NCBI GenBank assembly: GCA_964390045.1
Contig: CAYMGP010000002.1
Coordinates: 30,326-94,325 of the forward strand
Reading direction: 5' to 3'
From: an uncultured Spirochaetaceae bacterium
GTDB lineage: Bacteria > Spirochaetota > Spirochaetia > SZUA-6 > DRHE01
Length of the DNA: 64,000 nt
The translations under genes were made by a program, and so were the position numbers. Shown in pieces: positions 1-9,924 of this stretch (position 1 is its first letter; each line of letters starts with the position of its first letter). The notes under the pieces are model-generated. The model was not told the origin of the DNA. It searched no databases and saw nothing but the letters and a program-made list of their open reading frames with translations.

Positions 1-153
1 TCCTCTGCCGGATACTGCAGAGTGGTAATTAGACCGAAACTGCAGAAACTGGGGTTGGACTCTTAGGGTTTTAGATTACCGATTACCGGTATGCCGGCCA
101 CCGGAGCGCCGGCCGCCGGTATGCCGGCCACCGAATCTCCTGCTCGCCGTGAT

Positions 154-729
154 CTACCAGTTTTCTCCCAAAAGCTCGAAGAAAGCCTGGGGATGGGCGC
201 AGGCGGGACAGGCTTTGGGCGCTTCCTCTCCCTCGAAAAGGTAGCCACAATTGGTGCAGCGCCAGACGACTTTCTTGTCCCTCTTGAATACTCTGCCCGC
301 ATCGATGTTGGCGGCAAGATCTTTGTAGCGTTTCTCGTGCTGCTTTTCAGCCACGCATATCGCTTCCCAGACCAGCGCCACGGCGTCGAAGCCTTCCTCG
401 CGGGCAATCTTCGCGAAACCGGGGTACATCTCCGTCCATTCGTAGTTTTCCCCGGCGGCGGCTGCCTTTAGGTTTTCCACCGTGCTGCCGATCACGCCGG
501 CGGGAAAGGCGGCCGCCACCTCGACCTCACCGCCCTCGAGAAATTTGAAGAAACGTTTGGCATGCTCTTTTTCCTGATTGGCGGTTTCTTCAAAGATCAA
601 GGATATCTGAACGAAACCCTCTTTCTTTGCCTGGCTGGCGAAGTAGGTGTATCGATTGCGAGCTTGGGATTCTCCGGCAAAAGAGGCGATCAGATTTTTT
701 TCCGTCTGCGTATCTTTGAGAGATTTCAT
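154..729 (-). CDS. rbr: rubrerythrin
   Basis: 191-aa ORF. Ferritin-like diiron helices (EKEHAKRF, EKQHEKRY) plus a C-terminal rubredoxin-like CxxC..CxxC (CTNCGY..CPACAH). AAGGAGAG Shine-Dalgarno lies upstream on the minus strand. Confidence 0.9.
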   Translation of the reverse strand: MKSLKDTQTEKNLIASFAGESQARNRYTYFASQAKKEGFVQISLIFEETANQEKEHAKRFFKFLEGGEVEVAAAFPAGVIGSTVENLKAAAAGENYEWTEMYPGFAKIAREEGFDAVALVWEAICVAEKQHEKRYKDLAANIDAGRVFKRDKKVVWRCTNCGYLFEGEEAPKACPACAHPQAFFELLGENW

Positions 730-914
730 AGCGGCTCTCCTTTAAATCATTTTTGCCCAAGGCGTAAAACGCCTGTATTGTCTGAAATACCAATTGTGAG
801 TTTGTAGCGATAGCTATTCTTATTTATATTAGCTTTCCTGTCAAGCTCTGCACAAAAGAGGAGAAAAAACCTTGCCCCGGGGATCTGCTTTTGTTATTTT
901 TATTGGGGTTTAAT

Positions 915-1451
915 ATGATTAAAACACTAATATTAATACTATCCTCTATGCTGCTTATACCGTTCGTTTCTTCGGCTACAGCCGTCGCCAGGGATGAGCT
1001 GATCGAGTTAGGGCTTCAGCCCCTCAAAGAAGGTACAGAAATCGTGGACTTTGAGCTCCAGGACCTCAATGGAGCGAGCCGGCGGCTGAGCGACTACAAG
1101 GGAAAGGTCGTGTTTCTCAATTTCTGGGCTACTTGGTGCGGGCCCTGCCGCTCCGAGATGCCTGCGATGGAGAGGCTTTACCGTCAGCTGCAGGACAAGG
1201 GCTTCGAGATCGTAGCTGTCAATCTGCAGGAGAACCGTAAAAGCGTTCAGAGGTTTGTGAACGATCTGGGCCTGAGTTTTCCTGTTCTTCTCGATACCGA
1301 CGGACGAATCGGTTCGATGTATGGGGCTCGCAGCATTCCTACGACCTACATCATCGATCGCAGCGGTTCCGTCATTGCCGGTACCATCGGCACCAGAGAG
1401 TGGGACAGCCAGCAGTATATCCGCTTCTTCGAGAAACTGCTGGAGAATTGA
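915..1451 (+). CDS. TlpA/ResA-like thiol:disulfide oxidoreductase (thioredoxin fold, exported)
   Basis: N-terminal hydrophobic signal/anchor MIKTLILILSSMLLIPFVSSA and thioredoxin motif WATWCGPC. ATG at 915 preferred over the TTG at 891 used by the ORF track. Confidence 0.8.
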   Translation: MIKTLILILSSMLLIPFVSSATAVARDELIELGLQPLKEGTEIVDFELQDLNGASRRLSDYKGKVVFLNFWATWCGPCRSEMPAMERLYRQLQDKGFEIVAVNLQENRKSVQRFVNDLGLSFPVLLDTDGRIGSMYGARSIPTTYIIDRSGSVIAGTIGTREWDSQQYIRFFEKLLEN

Positions 1452-1471
1452 TCTCGGACAGTAATTTTTCC

Positions 1472-2584
1472 TCAGCCCTCTACTTGTAGAAATTTCACGC
1501 AGACAGGAGTCGGTACATTTGTAATCTGCCCCGTGGCAGCCAGTTTGCCCGAACGTGGATCGATCCGGAAGGTGACCACATTGTCTGTATTCTGGTTGGC
1601 CGCCAGCAGAAATGCTCCGCTCGGATCGATGGCAAAGTTCCGGGGCGTGCTTCCCTGCGTGGATTCATAACCGACGCAGCACAGCCTGCCCGTGTTTCCG
1701 TCGATTTCGTAGATCACGATGCTGTCATGTCCCCTGTTCGAAGCGTAGAGGAATGCCCCTGAGGGATCGACATGCACGTCCGCGCAGGTGCTTTCTCCTT
1801 GAAAGTCCTCTGGCAGCGCGGGAACTGTCTGGATTTCTTTCAGGGTTCCCCGCTCGCCGTCGTATTCGAGGGCAACCAGAGTGCTGTCCAGCTCGTTGAT
1901 CAGATACGCGTAGCGCTCGCTCGGGTGGAAAACGAAGCCGCGCGGGCCGGCTCCCCGTTTTGTCTCGAACCAGGGCTCTTCATGCACCGTCAGCTTGCCG
2001 CTGCTCGAATCGAAGCGATAGATCATCAGCTTGTCAATTCCGAGGTCCGGTACGAAGGCGAAGCGGTTGGCCGCGTCGAGAACGACGGAGTGGGCATGTG
2101 CTTCCGTCTGGCGGATCGGATCGACGCTCGATCCTTGATGCTGGATGAGATCGGACGGGTCCGCCAGGCTTCCGTCGGGAAGGATCGGGAAAACGCCAAC
2201 ATTGCCGCTCATGAAGTTGGCAGCCAAAGCGAACCTTCCGTTTTTATCAAGGATTACATGGCAGGGATCTGTTCCGCCCGTGGCTTTGTTGTTCAGCAGC
2301 TTCAGTCGTCCTGTTTGCCTGTCCAGGGCGAATGCGCTGATCGCTCCACTTGCCCTCCCTTCGAAGCTCTTGAGCTCATTGACGGCGTAGAGGAAGCGTC
2401 CCGTCGGATCAAAAGCTAGATAGGAAGGATTCTTCACCCCTGTTGTCTTGCCGACAGGTTCTATGACACCGCTGGAGGGATCGAAATCATACACGTAAAT
2501 CCCCTCGCCCTTGCCCTGGAAGATTTCGCCGGTCCCGAACTTTATTGCTTCGGTGTAGGTTCCAAAGAATACCAGTTGTCGCAT
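1472..2584 (-). CDS. lactonase family protein (6-phosphogluconolactonase-like 7-bladed beta-propeller)
   Basis: 370 aa with repeated blade-like segments (P..L.FDP.GRFLY..NE...) typical of the YbhE/Pgl lactonase family. Starts 4 nt after the cobO stop. Confidence 0.7.
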   Translation of the reverse strand: MRQLVFFGTYTEAIKFGTGEIFQGKGEGIYVYDFDPSSGVIEPVGKTTGVKNPSYLAFDPTGRFLYAVNELKSFEGRASGAISAFALDRQTGRLKLLNNKATGGTDPCHVILDKNGRFALAANFMSGNVGVFPILPDGSLADPSDLIQHQGSSVDPIRQTEAHAHSVVLDAANRFAFVPDLGIDKLMIYRFDSSSGKLTVHEEPWFETKRGAGPRGFVFHPSERYAYLINELDSTLVALEYDGERGTLKEIQTVPALPEDFQGESTCADVHVDPSGAFLYASNRGHDSIVIYEIDGNTGRLCCVGYESTQGSTPRNFAIDPSGAFLLAANQNTDNVVTFRIDPRSGKLAATGQITNVPTPVCVKFLQVEG

Positions 2585-2588
2585 AAGC

Positions 2589-3107
2589 TTAATACTCGAT
2601 TCCTTTCCGGGCCTGCACTCCCTGTTGATAGTAGTGTTTTATCTCCCGCATCTCTGTGACCAGATCGGCCATTGGATAGAGCTCTTCTGGAATTTTTCTG
2701 CCCGTCAGAATCAGCTCGAGAGAGGAGGGTTTACTGCGAATCAGCTCCTGTACCTCGGCCAGAGAAATCAACTTGTAGTGCAGGGCGATGCCGATCTCAT
2801 CTGCAATCAGGATATCATGTTCGCCCAGGCGCTGGATCTCCACAACCTCTTCCCAGCCTTTCCTCGCCAAACGAATGTCCTGTTCGTCGGGCTCGTCGTG
2901 GATGAAGCATCTGCGCCCGTACTGGCGGAGTATGATTTGAGGAGCGAAGCGTTTGAGGGCTTCCAATTCGCCGTAGAACATGCCTTTGGCAAATTGGGCG
3001 ATGAACACCTTCAGTCCTCGACCCGCCGCTCTCAGCGCAAGACCCAGAGCTGCGGTGGTCTTTCCCTTGCCGTCTCCCGTGTAGATTTGGACCAGTCCCT
3101 GTTTCAT
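2589..3107 (-). CDS. cobO: cob(I)yrinic acid a,c-diamide adenosyltransferase (CobO/BtuR type)
   Basis: 172 aa. N-terminus MKQGLVQIYTGDGKGKTTAALG matches the family P-loop region, and the size is typical. Confidence 0.85.
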   Translation of the reverse strand: MKQGLVQIYTGDGKGKTTAALGLALRAAGRGLKVFIAQFAKGMFYGELEALKRFAPQIILRQYGRRCFIHDEPDEQDIRLARKGWEEVVEIQRLGEHDILIADEIGIALHYKLISLAEVQELIRSKPSSLELILTGRKIPEELYPMADLVTEMREIKHYYQQGVQARKGIEY

Positions 3108-3229
3108 GCTGCTGAGATTGTATTCAACTCTACAAGCTGCGTCTATTCCAAAATGTATATTTTTAAAATAAGGGATTACATGAAAATTTCAGCAAATATT
3201 GATATATAAATAAATTTTTATGAAAATAT

Positions 3230-3258
3230 TTGACATAATACTAAATTTGTGATAAATC
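3230..3258 (+). promoter_or_regulatory. putative sigma70-type promoter of lrp (TTGACA, 16-17 nt spacer, ATAAAT/TAAATC)
   Basis: TTGACA at 3230-3235 and ATAAAT at 3252-3257 inside a very AT-rich divergent intergenic region. The lrp ATG at 3269 follows about 11 nt later with no Shine-Dalgarno. Confidence 0.35.
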
Positions 3259-3268
3259 ATTAAATGCC

Positions 3269-3712
3269 ATGAAAATCGACGACACGAACATCGGCATCAT
3301 CAAACATCTGCGCGACGGCCGTAAGTCCTTCAAGGAGATCGCCGGCGACCTTTCCATAACGGAGAACACGGTGCGTTCCCGTGTTAACCAGATGGTTCAG
3401 GAAGGCGTGCTCGAGGTCACAGGATTGATCGATCCCGAAAAGATCCCCGGGCACAGCATCCTGCTGGTCGGCATCAAGCTGAATACGATGAACCTGGTGA
3501 AGAAGGGGGAGGAGTTCAGCCATTTGAAGGGTGTAGTCTCGGTAAGCGTGGTGACAGGTCGCTACGATTTGATTCTCACGGTGCTTCTCTGCGAAGAGTT
3601 CAGCCTGCTCGAGTTTTTCACAGAAGAGGTTTCGACGATCGAAGAGGTCGGATCCGCCGAAACTTTCGTCGTGTACAAGGGATATAACAGCAAAGTTCCC
3701 TATATTCTATAG
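3269..3712 (+). CDS. Lrp/AsnC family transcriptional regulator
   Basis: 147 aa. N-terminal HTH region MKIDDTNIGIIKHLRDGRKSFKEIAGDLSITENTVRSRVNQM followed by a RAM/ACT-like ligand domain. Directly upstream of gcvH. Confidence 0.85.
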   Translation: MKIDDTNIGIIKHLRDGRKSFKEIAGDLSITENTVRSRVNQMVQEGVLEVTGLIDPEKIPGHSILLVGIKLNTMNLVKKGEEFSHLKGVVSVSVVTGRYDLILTVLLCEEFSLLEFFTEEVSTIEEVGSAETFVVYKGYNSKVPYIL

Positions 3713-3729
3713 ACTGAAGGAGGTAATCC

Positions 3730-4122
3730 ATGGAAATCCCCAAGGATCTCAAGTATGCCAGGACCCACGAGTGGGTACGGGTAGAAGGCGATGTAGCTTA
3801 TGTAGGAATCACTGATTACGCCCAGGATTCACTGGGAGATATCGTCTACGTTGAGATGCCCGCCTCCGGCGACAGCTACAAAAAGGGTGAGGAGGCGGCA
3901 ACTGTTGAATCCGTGAAGGCCGCCTCGGCGATCTATACTCCGGTTGCGGGAACCGTGGCCGAAGTGAATCCGGATCTGGAGGGAAGCCCCGAGCTGATCA
4001 ACCAGAAGCCGTACGAGGCATTCATCTTCGCCATTCGTTTTTCCGATGCCGCTGGTTTAGAGGATCTTCTCGATTCGGCTGCATACGAAAAGCATGTGGA
4101 GCAGGAGAAGGAGAACCACTAA
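3730..4122 (+). CDS. gcvH: glycine cleavage system H protein
   Basis: 130 aa with lipoyl-lysine motif VESVKAAS. Strong GAAGGAGG Shine-Dalgarno upstream. Confidence 0.9.
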   Translation: MEIPKDLKYARTHEWVRVEGDVAYVGITDYAQDSLGDIVYVEMPASGDSYKKGEEAATVESVKAASAIYTPVAGTVAEVNPDLEGSPELINQKPYEAFIFAIRFSDAAGLEDLLDSAAYEKHVEQEKENH

Positions 4123-4146
4123 AGAAAACGCTGCAGGAGCAAAGCC

Positions 4147-5493
4147 ATGATTTCCTATCTTCCACATACAGAGCAGGATATTGCAGCCATGCTCGCCGGG
4201 ATCGGCGCTGCGAGCATCGACGAGCTGTTTGCCGACGTTCCCAAAGATCTTCTGCTCGAGGGGCCGCTTGAGCTTCCCGAAGGGCTTCCCGAATACGAAG
4301 TGTACAGGCGCCTGCATACCCTGGCCGATAAAAATCAGATCCGGGGTGTTTCTTTTCTCGGCTGCGGCAGCTACGATCATATCATTCCCTCCGCGGTTCG
4401 ACACATCCTCTCCCGCTCGGAGTTCTATACCTCCTACACTCCCTACCAGGCGGAGATCTCCCAGGGGGTTTTGCAGGCCATTTTCGAATTTCAAACCATG
4501 ATTTGCGAGCTGACGGGCCTGGATGTTTCCAACGCATCCCTTTACGACGGACACACGGCGGCCTGCGAGGCGGCCGGTCTGGCTTTAAACAGTGTCCGTC
4601 ATTCCGACACGATCCTGTATTCGAAAAATCTTCATCCCTATACCCGCCAGGTGCTTCATACCCATTTCTCCCATATCGGGGTGAATCTCGAGGCGGTGGC
4701 TTCCAAAGACGGGATCACGGATCTGGAGGATCTATACGCCAGGCTGCGGCCCGGGGTGGCGGCTGTCGTCATTCAGAGCCCAAATACTCTGGGGTACCTA
4801 GAGGACCTGAGCGGTGTGGCCGGGCGGGTACACGACAACGGCTCCCTTCTTATCGTTTCCGCCAACCCGCTGTCCCTCGGTGTTCTCAAGCCCGCCGGCC
4901 AGTGGGGCGCCGATATGGCGGTCGGCGATACTCAGCCAATGGGGCTTCCCTGCTATTTCGGCGGACCGTCTGTCGGTTACCTTGCTGCGGCGCAGCAGCT
5001 GCTGCGGAAAATGCCGGGCAGGATCGCCGGGCAGTCCCTCGATCGGGATGGCAGGCGGGCGTTTCTGCTGACGCTGCAGGCACGGGAACAGCATATAAAG
5101 AGGGAGCGGGCCACCTCGAACATCTGTTCCAACCAGGCCCTGGCGGCACTGGCCACCACGGTCTACCTGTCCTTACTGGGAAAGCAGGGAATTCGCCAGG
5201 TAGCGGAGCTGAACGTTCGCAAGAGTCATTACCTCTACGATAGGATTGTAGCCGAGACACCGGCCAAGCCCCTGTTTGAGCGTCCTTTCTTCAACGAGTT
5301 TTCTCTGCTGCTGCCTAGGCCTGCAGCCGAGGTGCTGGAGAGCATGGAGCAGGAGGGGTTTTTCGCCGGAGTTGAATTGCGAAGGCTGGAACCTTCGGCC
5401 CCCGATGGGGCGGTGATCGTGGCGGTAACCGAGAAGAGAACGCGGGAGGAGATGGACAGGTACGTGCAGGTTTTGGAGAGGGTGCTTTCATGA
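4147..5493 (+). CDS. gcvPA: glycine dehydrogenase (decarboxylating) subunit 1
   Basis: 448 aa. Family-typical [16 protein letters not shown] start and [11 protein letters not shown] motif. Stop overlaps the gcvPB start (ATGA). Confidence 0.9.
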   Translation: MISYLPHTEQDIAAMLAGIGAASIDELFADVPKDLLLEGPLELPEGLPEYEVYRRLHTLADKNQIRGVSFLGCGSYDHIIPSAVRHILSRSEFYTSYTPYQAEISQGVLQAIFEFQTMICELTGLDVSNASLYDGHTAACEAAGLALNSVRHSDTILYSKNLHPYTRQVLHTHFSHIGVNLEAVASKDGITDLEDLYARLRPGVAAVVIQSPNTLGYLEDLSGVAGRVHDNGSLLIVSANPLSLGVLKPAGQWGADMAVGDTQPMGLPCYFGGPSVGYLAAAQQLLRKMPGRIAGQSLDRDGRRAFLLTLQAREQHIKRERATSNICSNQALAALATTVYLSLLGKQGIRQVAELNVRKSHYLYDRIVAETPAKPLFERPFFNEFSLLLPRPAAEVLESMEQEGFFAGVELRRLEPSAPDGAVIVAVTEKRTREEMDRYVQVLERVLS

Positions 5494-6986
5494 ACAAGAA
5501 GAACAATCCCTTGATTTTCGAGCTGTCCAGGAGCGGAAGGCAGGGCTACAGGTTGCCCGACGTGGATGTTCCCGAGCGGCCTCTTGCAGAGCTGCTTGCC
5601 GCGGACCTGCTCCGAGAGGGCGAAGCCGAGCTGCCCGAGGTGAGTGAGTTGGGCGTGATCCGGCACTATACGGCCTTGAGCCGTCGCAACTACGGAGTCG
5701 ACCTGGGCTTTTATCCTCTCGGTTCCTGCACGATGAAGTACAATCCCAAGATCAACGAGGATGTAGCCGCCTTTGAAGGATTTCAGGACCTTCATCCCCT
5801 CCAGCCGGAAGGCAGCTGCCAGGGAATCCTGGCTTTGATGCACAGGCTCTTGTCGTATCTCTGCGAGGTGACGGGCATGAGGTGGGGCACCCTGCAGCCT
5901 TTCGCCGGAGCGCACGGGGAGTTCACGGGAATGAAACTCTTCAAGGCGTATTTCGAAAAGCGCGGCGAGAAGGGCAGAAGCAAGGTGCTGGTTCCGGATT
6001 CAGCTCATGGAACCAATCCCGCCTCGGCCCATCTGGCTGGTTTCGAGGTTGTGGAGCTACGTTCCGACAGCCGGGGTCTGGTTTCCCTGGAAAGTCTCAG
6101 GAATCACCTCGATGACTCACTGGCCGGGATCATGATGACGAATCCCAACACCCTGGGACTGTTCGAGCAGGATATCCTGGAAATTTCGGAGGCTGTTCAT
6201 CATGCAGGTGGACTTTTGTACTACGATGGGGCCAACCTCAATGCCGTCGTCGGCAAGGCGAGGCCGGGGGATATGGGCTTTGACGTTGTTCATCTGAACC
6301 TGCACAAGACATTCTCCACTCCTCACGGCGGCGGCGGCCCGGGAGCCGGGCCGGTGTTGGTCTCCGAAACCCTGCTTCCCTTTCTTCCGGTTCCCGACAT
6401 CGTGGAGACCGAAGCGGAAATCGGGTGCAGCTATAGCTTACAGAACAACAGGCCCGATACGATCGGCCGCCTCTCCGGCTTCTACGGAAATGTGGCGGTA
6501 ATGGTCAGGGCTTTCGCCTATCTGCTGACAATGGGAGCGGATGGGCTGACACGGGTCGGCGAGCTTTCCGTTCTGAACGCCAACTATTTGATGGAACGTC
6601 TGAAAGGTCTGTACCACCTTCCCTATGATCGTACCTGCAAGCACGAGTTCGTGCTTTCCGTCCGTCAGATAAAAGAAAAGTCGGGAATCAGCGCCCTCGA
6701 CGTGGCCAAACGGCTGCTGGATTTCGCAGTCCATCCTCCCACGATCTACTTTCCCCTGATCGTACCCGAGGCGCTGATGATAGAGCCGACCGAGACGGAA
6801 TCAAAAGAAACGCTCGACAGGTTTGTGGAGGTCATGAGCGAGATCTACAGAGAGGCTCTGGAGAGTCCGGAGAAGGTGAAACAGGCTCCGACGGGTACGG
6901 CGGTTTGTAGGATCGACGAAGTGCTGGCCGCCCGCAAACCTGTGGTGCGCTGGCGCCCCGGTGATGAGCAAGGAGAAGAATGTTGA
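5490..6986 (+). CDS. gcvPB: glycine dehydrogenase (decarboxylating) subunit 2
   Basis: 498 aa with the PLP-lysine region [18 protein letters not shown]. Confidence 0.9.
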   Translation: MNKKNNPLIFELSRSGRQGYRLPDVDVPERPLAELLAADLLREGEAELPEVSELGVIRHYTALSRRNYGVDLGFYPLGSCTMKYNPKINEDVAAFEGFQDLHPLQPEGSCQGILALMHRLLSYLCEVTGMRWGTLQPFAGAHGEFTGMKLFKAYFEKRGEKGRSKVLVPDSAHGTNPASAHLAGFEVVELRSDSRGLVSLESLRNHLDDSLAGIMMTNPNTLGLFEQDILEISEAVHHAGGLLYYDGANLNAVVGKARPGDMGFDVVHLNLHKTFSTPHGGGGPGAGPVLVSETLLPFLPVPDIVETEAEIGCSYSLQNNRPDTIGRLSGFYGNVAVMVRAFAYLLTMGADGLTRVGELSVLNANYLMERLKGLYHLPYDRTCKHEFVLSVRQIKEKSGISALDVAKRLLDFAVHPPTIYFPLIVPEALMIEPTETESKETLDRFVEVMSEIYREALESPEKVKQAPTGTAVCRIDEVLAARKPVVRWRPGDEQGEEC

Positions 6987-8218
6987 AGCAAACTCCCCTT
7001 TACGATAAGCATGTGTCCCTGAACGCCAGGATGGTCGAGTTCGCCGGCTGGGAGATGCCCGTTCAGTATCCCACGGGCATTGTCGAAGAGCATCTGCAGA
7101 CCAGAAAGAACGCCGGTCTGTTCGACATCTCCCACATGGGCCGTTTTTCCGTGTCCGGTGCAGAGAGCCTGAGCTTCCTGCAGAAGGTGCTGACAAACAA
7201 TGCCGCGGCTCTGGAGCCGGGCAAGGCCCAGTATACGATGATCGCCAACGAGCGGGGCGGTGCCGTCGATGACGCCTATCTGTACTGCCTGGATGAGCAA
7301 CAGTACCTGTTGGTTGTCAATGCCGCCAACAGGGATAAAGACTGGGATCATTTCCAGGAAATCCTTCCGGAATACGCCGGAATCGAATGCCGGGACCGAA
7401 CCGAGGAACTGGCCATGCTCAGTGTTCAGGGTCCCCGGTCCCGGGAAATCGTTCTCGAGGTACTCGGCGATGAAGCTCTGCCCGAGCCGGGCCGCAACAA
7501 CCTGACCTCCCTGCTGTGGAATGGAAAGGTCCTGCACGTCGCCCGAACCGGCTACACAGGAGAGCCGATCGGTTTCGAGGTTTTTCTTCATAGGGAACAG
7601 GCAGAGACATTCTGGGATGCAATATTACAGGCCGGCGCGGCGGCAATCGGCCTCGGTGCCCGGGATACCCTGCGTTTGGAAGCCGGCCTTCCCCTCTACG
7701 GCCATGAGCTTGGCTCGGGTCCGGATGGACGGGAAATGCAAATTTTTTCCTGTCTCTTGGCCCGCTTTGCCGTGAGCTTCAGCTCGCTGAAGGGCCAGTA
7801 CATCGGCCGTGAGCCCTTGCTGAGGCAGTTTGAAGCCTACAGGCGAATCGTGAAGCGGGACTACTCGGATCTCCAAGCCCTGCCCCGCCTATCACGCCGC
7901 TTCACCCTGCTTGATAGAGGCGTCGCACGGCAGGGAGCGGCCGTTTTTTCCGGGGAGAGGCAAATCGGTTGGGTGACCAGCGGGACGATGGCTCCGTACT
8001 GTATCTTCGAGGGCGAAGGCCTCTGCAGTGAAATTACCGAGCGCAGTGACCGGCGGGCTATTGGTATAGCGATTTTGGACAGCAGGGTGGAGGATGAGAC
8101 CGAGATCGAAATCGATGTCCGGGGAAAACACCTCCGGGGTCTCACCGTGCCTTATCTGCTGCGGGCGGAAGCTCCTCCCTTCGCCCGGCCGATTTTCTTC
8201 GGACAGGAGAGAGTATAA
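6980..8218 (+). CDS. gcvT: glycine cleavage system aminomethyltransferase T
   Basis: 412 aa. [30 protein letters not shown] is a typical GcvT N-terminus. Overlaps the gcvPB end by 7 nt. Confidence 0.9.
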   Translation: MLKQTPLYDKHVSLNARMVEFAGWEMPVQYPTGIVEEHLQTRKNAGLFDISHMGRFSVSGAESLSFLQKVLTNNAAALEPGKAQYTMIANERGGAVDDAYLYCLDEQQYLLVVNAANRDKDWDHFQEILPEYAGIECRDRTEELAMLSVQGPRSREIVLEVLGDEALPEPGRNNLTSLLWNGKVLHVARTGYTGEPIGFEVFLHREQAETFWDAILQAGAAAIGLGARDTLRLEAGLPLYGHELGSGPDGREMQIFSCLLARFAVSFSSLKGQYIGREPLLRQFEAYRRIVKRDYSDLQALPRLSRRFTLLDRGVARQGAAVFSGERQIGWVTSGTMAPYCIFEGEGLCSEITERSDRRAIGIAILDSRVEDETEIEIDVRGKHLRGLTVPYLLRAEAPPFARPIFFGQERV

Positions 8219-8221
8219 TGC

Positions 8222-8305
8222 GCAGAGGGCGAAGTGCACGCATTGGGCGAAGTGCACGCAATGGGCGAAGTCCACGCAGAGGGCAAAGTCCACGCCCATG
8301 GGCAC
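8222..8305. repeat. 18-bp tandem repeat, about 4.6 copies, immediately 3' of gcvT
   Basis: Units are gcagagggcgaagtgcac / gcattgggcgaagtgcac / gcaatgggcgaagtccac / gcagagggcaaagtccac / gcccatgggcac, read directly from the sequence. Confidence 0.85.
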
Positions 8306-8462
8306 TCTAAGGGACTTTGTAGCCCGCAGTCCGGAAACCGAGAAGCCGGCGCTGGTGAACTTCCCCGAACCGGTATCGAACGGCTGCAGCGGCTCATCTG
8401 ATTCCACCTGTGCTGTGTTGATGAATAAATAACTAAAAAGCAGCATTTTTATAAAAAAAAGC

Positions 8463-8491
8463 TTGAAATTCCACTCTCCGGCGTGTATTAT
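8463..8491 (+). promoter_or_regulatory. putative sigma70-type promoter of the APC permease gene
   Basis: TTGAAA (8463-8468), 17-nt spacer, TATTAT (8486-8491), preceded by an A-tract (ataaaaaaaa). GGAGG Shine-Dalgarno lies 6 nt before the ATG at 8521. Confidence 0.5.
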
Positions 8492-8520
8492 CGAGAATAT
8501 TCTCATTATCGGAGGTTTTC

Positions 8521-9870
8521 ATGGCAGAAGGAAAAAGAACGCTTAGAAGACAACTCGGCGTACTCGACGTGACCGCAATTACCGCTGGGATCGTCATCGG
8601 CGCCGGTGTGTTCATCATCACCGGAATCGGAGCCAAATACGCGGGAGCCCTGACCTGGTTGGCCTACGCGATTGGTATCATTCCGGTGATCCTGGTGGGT
8701 CTCAGCACGATCTTTCTCAACTTTCTCTATCCCGTGGAGGGAGGAGAGAGCTACGTGTATCCGACCCGAATTGTGAGCAAGCCCCTGGGCTTCCTCTCGG
8801 GATGGGGCATGTGGCTGGCCCTGATCGGTCCGATCGCCATAACGGCCCAGGCCTTCATCTCGTATGTGAACGCCCTGCCGAACATTCCCTTTCAGATCTC
8901 GGTGTTGTGGGGAGCACTGGTGGTGTTGGTCGTGTTTTTCGTAATCAACCTGCTCGGCGTCAAGACCGTATCGATCGTGCAGAACATCCTGTTCCTGTTC
9001 ATGGTCGCCGGTATGATCATCTACATCGTCTGGGGTTTGCCCCACATGAAGGGTGTAAACATCCGCATGGGCGCACCCATGGGTTTCGGCGGCGTGATGA
9101 AGGCCGCATCCCTGTTGATTTTCTCCTACGCCGGACTCACCCTGGCTGCGGATCTCGGGGAGGAGGCCAAGAATCCCACCAAAACCATCACCTGGGGGAT
9201 CATTCTGGGAGCGTTGGTCCCGGCCGTGCTCTACGTAGTGTCCGCCTTCGTTTCCACGGCGATTATTCCCTGGGAGCAGTTCGCCAACTCTGATGCACCC
9301 TACGCGGCGGTGGCCTCTTCGTTTATGGGACCCTTCGGCGTGGTCTTCATCGTGGTGGTCGCCTGGGCCGCGATTCTCTCCTCTCACAACGGAGAGCAGG
9401 CGGTCGGCGCCCGGGTTCTCTTCGGGCTTTCCCGGGACAAGGTGTTCGGCGGAAAAATCGCCGCAATCAACAGGTTCGGTATTCCCGCCTTTGCCCTGAT
9501 CGCCACGGCCGTGGTAGCAGGAATCCTGATCGTAACAGGTTCGATCCAGCTCGTAGCCGAGCTCATCGTGGCCATGTTTCTGTACAACTGGATCATCACC
9601 CATATCGGGGTCCTGATGGCACCGAAAAAATATCCCGACCTGTACAAAAAACTTCCAGGTATGTACGGCAAGAAGTGGTTCATGGTCTTTCCGATCATCG
9701 GAATCATCGTCTCGGTGTACCTGCTCTACCTGCAGGGCTGGAAGGCGCTGCTGTACTTCGCCATCTGGATGGCCGCGGGTTTGGTTATCTACCTGATTCG
9801 TTACTTTTCGAAGAAGCAAGAGATCGGCAAGCTGATGAGCGAGTGGCCGCGCGAGCGGTACTTCAGCTAG
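8521..9870 (+). CDS. APC-family amino acid permease
   Basis: 449 aa, about 12 hydrophobic helices. N-terminal LGVLDVTAITAGIVIGAGVFI is typical of amino acid/polyamine/organocation transporters. Confidence 0.8.
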   Translation: MAEGKRTLRRQLGVLDVTAITAGIVIGAGVFIITGIGAKYAGALTWLAYAIGIIPVILVGLSTIFLNFLYPVEGGESYVYPTRIVSKPLGFLSGWGMWLALIGPIAITAQAFISYVNALPNIPFQISVLWGALVVLVVFFVINLLGVKTVSIVQNILFLFMVAGMIIYIVWGLPHMKGVNIRMGAPMGFGGVMKAASLLIFSYAGLTLAADLGEEAKNPTKTITWGIILGALVPAVLYVVSAFVSTAIIPWEQFANSDAPYAAVASSFMGPFGVVFIVVVAWAAILSSHNGEQAVGARVLFGLSRDKVFGGKIAAINRFGIPAFALIATAVVAGILIVTGSIQLVAELIVAMFLYNWIITHIGVLMAPKKYPDLYKKLPGMYGKKWFMVFPIIGIIVSVYLLYLQGWKALLYFAIWMAAGLVIYLIRYFSKKQEIGKLMSEWPRERYFS

Positions 9871-9893
9871 ACGAGAACCTACGAATCAGAACG

Positions 9894-9924
9894 GGCCGTC
9901 TCCGGATGTGGGACGGCCTTTTTT
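9894..9924 (+). terminator. rho-independent terminator of the permease gene
   Basis: Stem GGCCGTC (9894-9900) pairs with GACGGCC (9912-9918), followed by TTTTTT (9919-9924). Confidence 0.7.

Noticed and set aside
1-66. Possible 3' end of a plus-strand gene (frame 1 open to TAG at 64-66)
   Set aside because: Only 21 codons are visible (SSAGYCRVVIRPKLQKLGLDS), which is too short to identify or to distinguish from non-coding sequence.
8222-8305. Possible CRISPR array or coding hexapeptide repeat
   Set aside because: The units are contiguous with no spacers, are only 18 bp long, and no cas genes are present. Both overlapping ORFs give implausible Cys/His-rich repeats and overlap gcvT. I kept it as a non-coding tandem repeat.
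8506-9819. 437-aa ORF on the minus strand, opposite the APC permease
   Set aside because: The translation is His/Asp/Gly/Arg-rich with no motifs. The plus-strand frame gives a convincing 12-TM APC permease with its own promoter, RBS and terminator. This is a typical antisense shadow ORF in GC-rich DNA.
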